A program made the position numbers and the translations under genes. Under the pieces are notes generated by a model. That model was given only the letters and a program-made list of their open reading frames with translations, was not told the DNA's origin and did not search any database. A stretch of 64,000 nt of DNA from Sulfolobales archaeon HS-7 (lineage in GTDB: Archaea; Thermoproteota; Thermoprotei_A; Sulfolobales; Sulfolobaceae): NCBI GenBank assembly GCA_019704295.1, contig AP024596.1, forward strand, positions 1,504,001-1,568,000, in the 5' to 3' direction. Of the stretch, positions 63,261 to 64,000 are shown piece by piece. The stretch's first letter is position 1, and every line of letters starts with the position of its first letter.

Positions 63261-64000
63261 TTAAGTTAGATTTCCTGCGAGAAGTTCATATAAGTTAAAG
63301 TATTTAGGGAGTGTTGTACTAAGTCTAAAGTTTTCAGCCCACTTCCTTGCTCCAATACTCAACTTACTCCAGGTATAGTCGTCATCTAATTCCTTCATCG
63401 CTTTACATAACGATTCGGGATCGTTATTAATTGCGATGCTTCCAACTCCTGGTGGTGAGGCGTATTCCTGGCCTCCACCTTTTACCAGGATCGCGGGTTT
63501 GCCCATAGCCGATGCTTCCGCAATCGATAATCCAAATCCCTCAAATGGACTAGTGCTCACCAGGGCCATAGATTTCTTAATGAGATCGACCTTTCTCTCA
63601 TACGATACCTCACCAATATATTGGACATTGACGCGTGATTCCCTTATTTTCATATTTAGCTGATCCCCAAGACCGCCATCTGGACCAACAATAATCGCCG
63701 GACGATCGGGCTTACATAGCTTATACGCCTCGATTAGAGCCATTACATTTTTTTCCCTACTAATTCTACCTATCATTAAGTAATAGTCTCCCCTATAACG
63801 ATCGTCAGAAAACAAATTGTCTTCTACCCCGTTCGGAATTACGGTTGAATTTATCTTGAATTTTTTACTTAAAATATCTTTTTCCTGAGGGGTAATAGCA
63901 ATGACGTTATATGTACGCATGAATTTGCCGAGTAAGTTATCCGCCATCTTATAGTAAGCGTAATTGATAAGTCCAGTTTGATCCAGTTTGTAGAAAGGGG
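63261..64000 (-). CDS. GT4 glycosyltransferase, 5' end beyond window
   Basis: VIPNGV, GRI..EKN, GPDGG, EGFGLSIAEA. Confidence 0.88.
   Translation of the reverse strand, partial: PFYKLDQTGLINYAYYKMADNLLGKFMRTYNVIAITPQEKDILSKKFKINSTVIPNGVEDNLFSDDRYRGDYYLMIGRISREKNVMALIEAYKLCKPDRPAIIVGPDGGLGDQLNMKIRESRVNVQYIGEVSYERKVDLIKKSMALVSTSPFEGFGLSIAEASAMGKPAILVKGGGQEYASPPGVGSIAINNDPESLCKAMKELDDDYTWSKLSIGARKWAENFRLSTTLPKYFNLYELLAGNLT

Noticed and set aside
1-64000. CRISPR array, tRNA or rRNA genes
   Set aside because: No regularly spaced 24-37 bp repeats or recognisable structural RNA genes seen by eye

Overview
Accessory/catabolic region of a thermoacidophilic crenarchaeon, almost certainly Sulfolobales. 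Evidence: lacS-type GH1, CYP119-like P450, Nre, TA0938-like protein, TATA-box promoters with leaderless starts, and Sulfolobus-type IS decay. About 45 CDS are supportable. They include DNA repair (Nre + radical SAM), sugar catabolism (GH1, GH2, GH116, GH114, PIG-L deacetylase, an enolase-superfamily dehydratase, a split Dpp/Opp-type ABC importer), hydrolases, transporters, a vapBC pair, ankyrin and TPR proteins and glycosyltransferases. Many mobile-element scars are present: four decayed IS copies, a TnpB relic and three MITE-like elements. No CRISPR array, tRNA or rRNA was seen. The most notable signals are: (i) an orphan ~170-nt structured non-coding element resembling an IS110 left end/bridge-RNA locus without a recombinase; (ii) a stand-alone CARF-PIN fusion; (iii) a PA-M28 pseudo-peptidase that has lost its metal ligands, in an IS-bounded argH/permease island; (iv) tandem Zn-ribbon paralogues with a gene-conversion-like tract; (v) a candidate sugar-regulon motif TATACCAAG; and (vi) an ABC ATPase whose start codon is ACG. 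All family calls come from motif recognition by eye; no database search was run.
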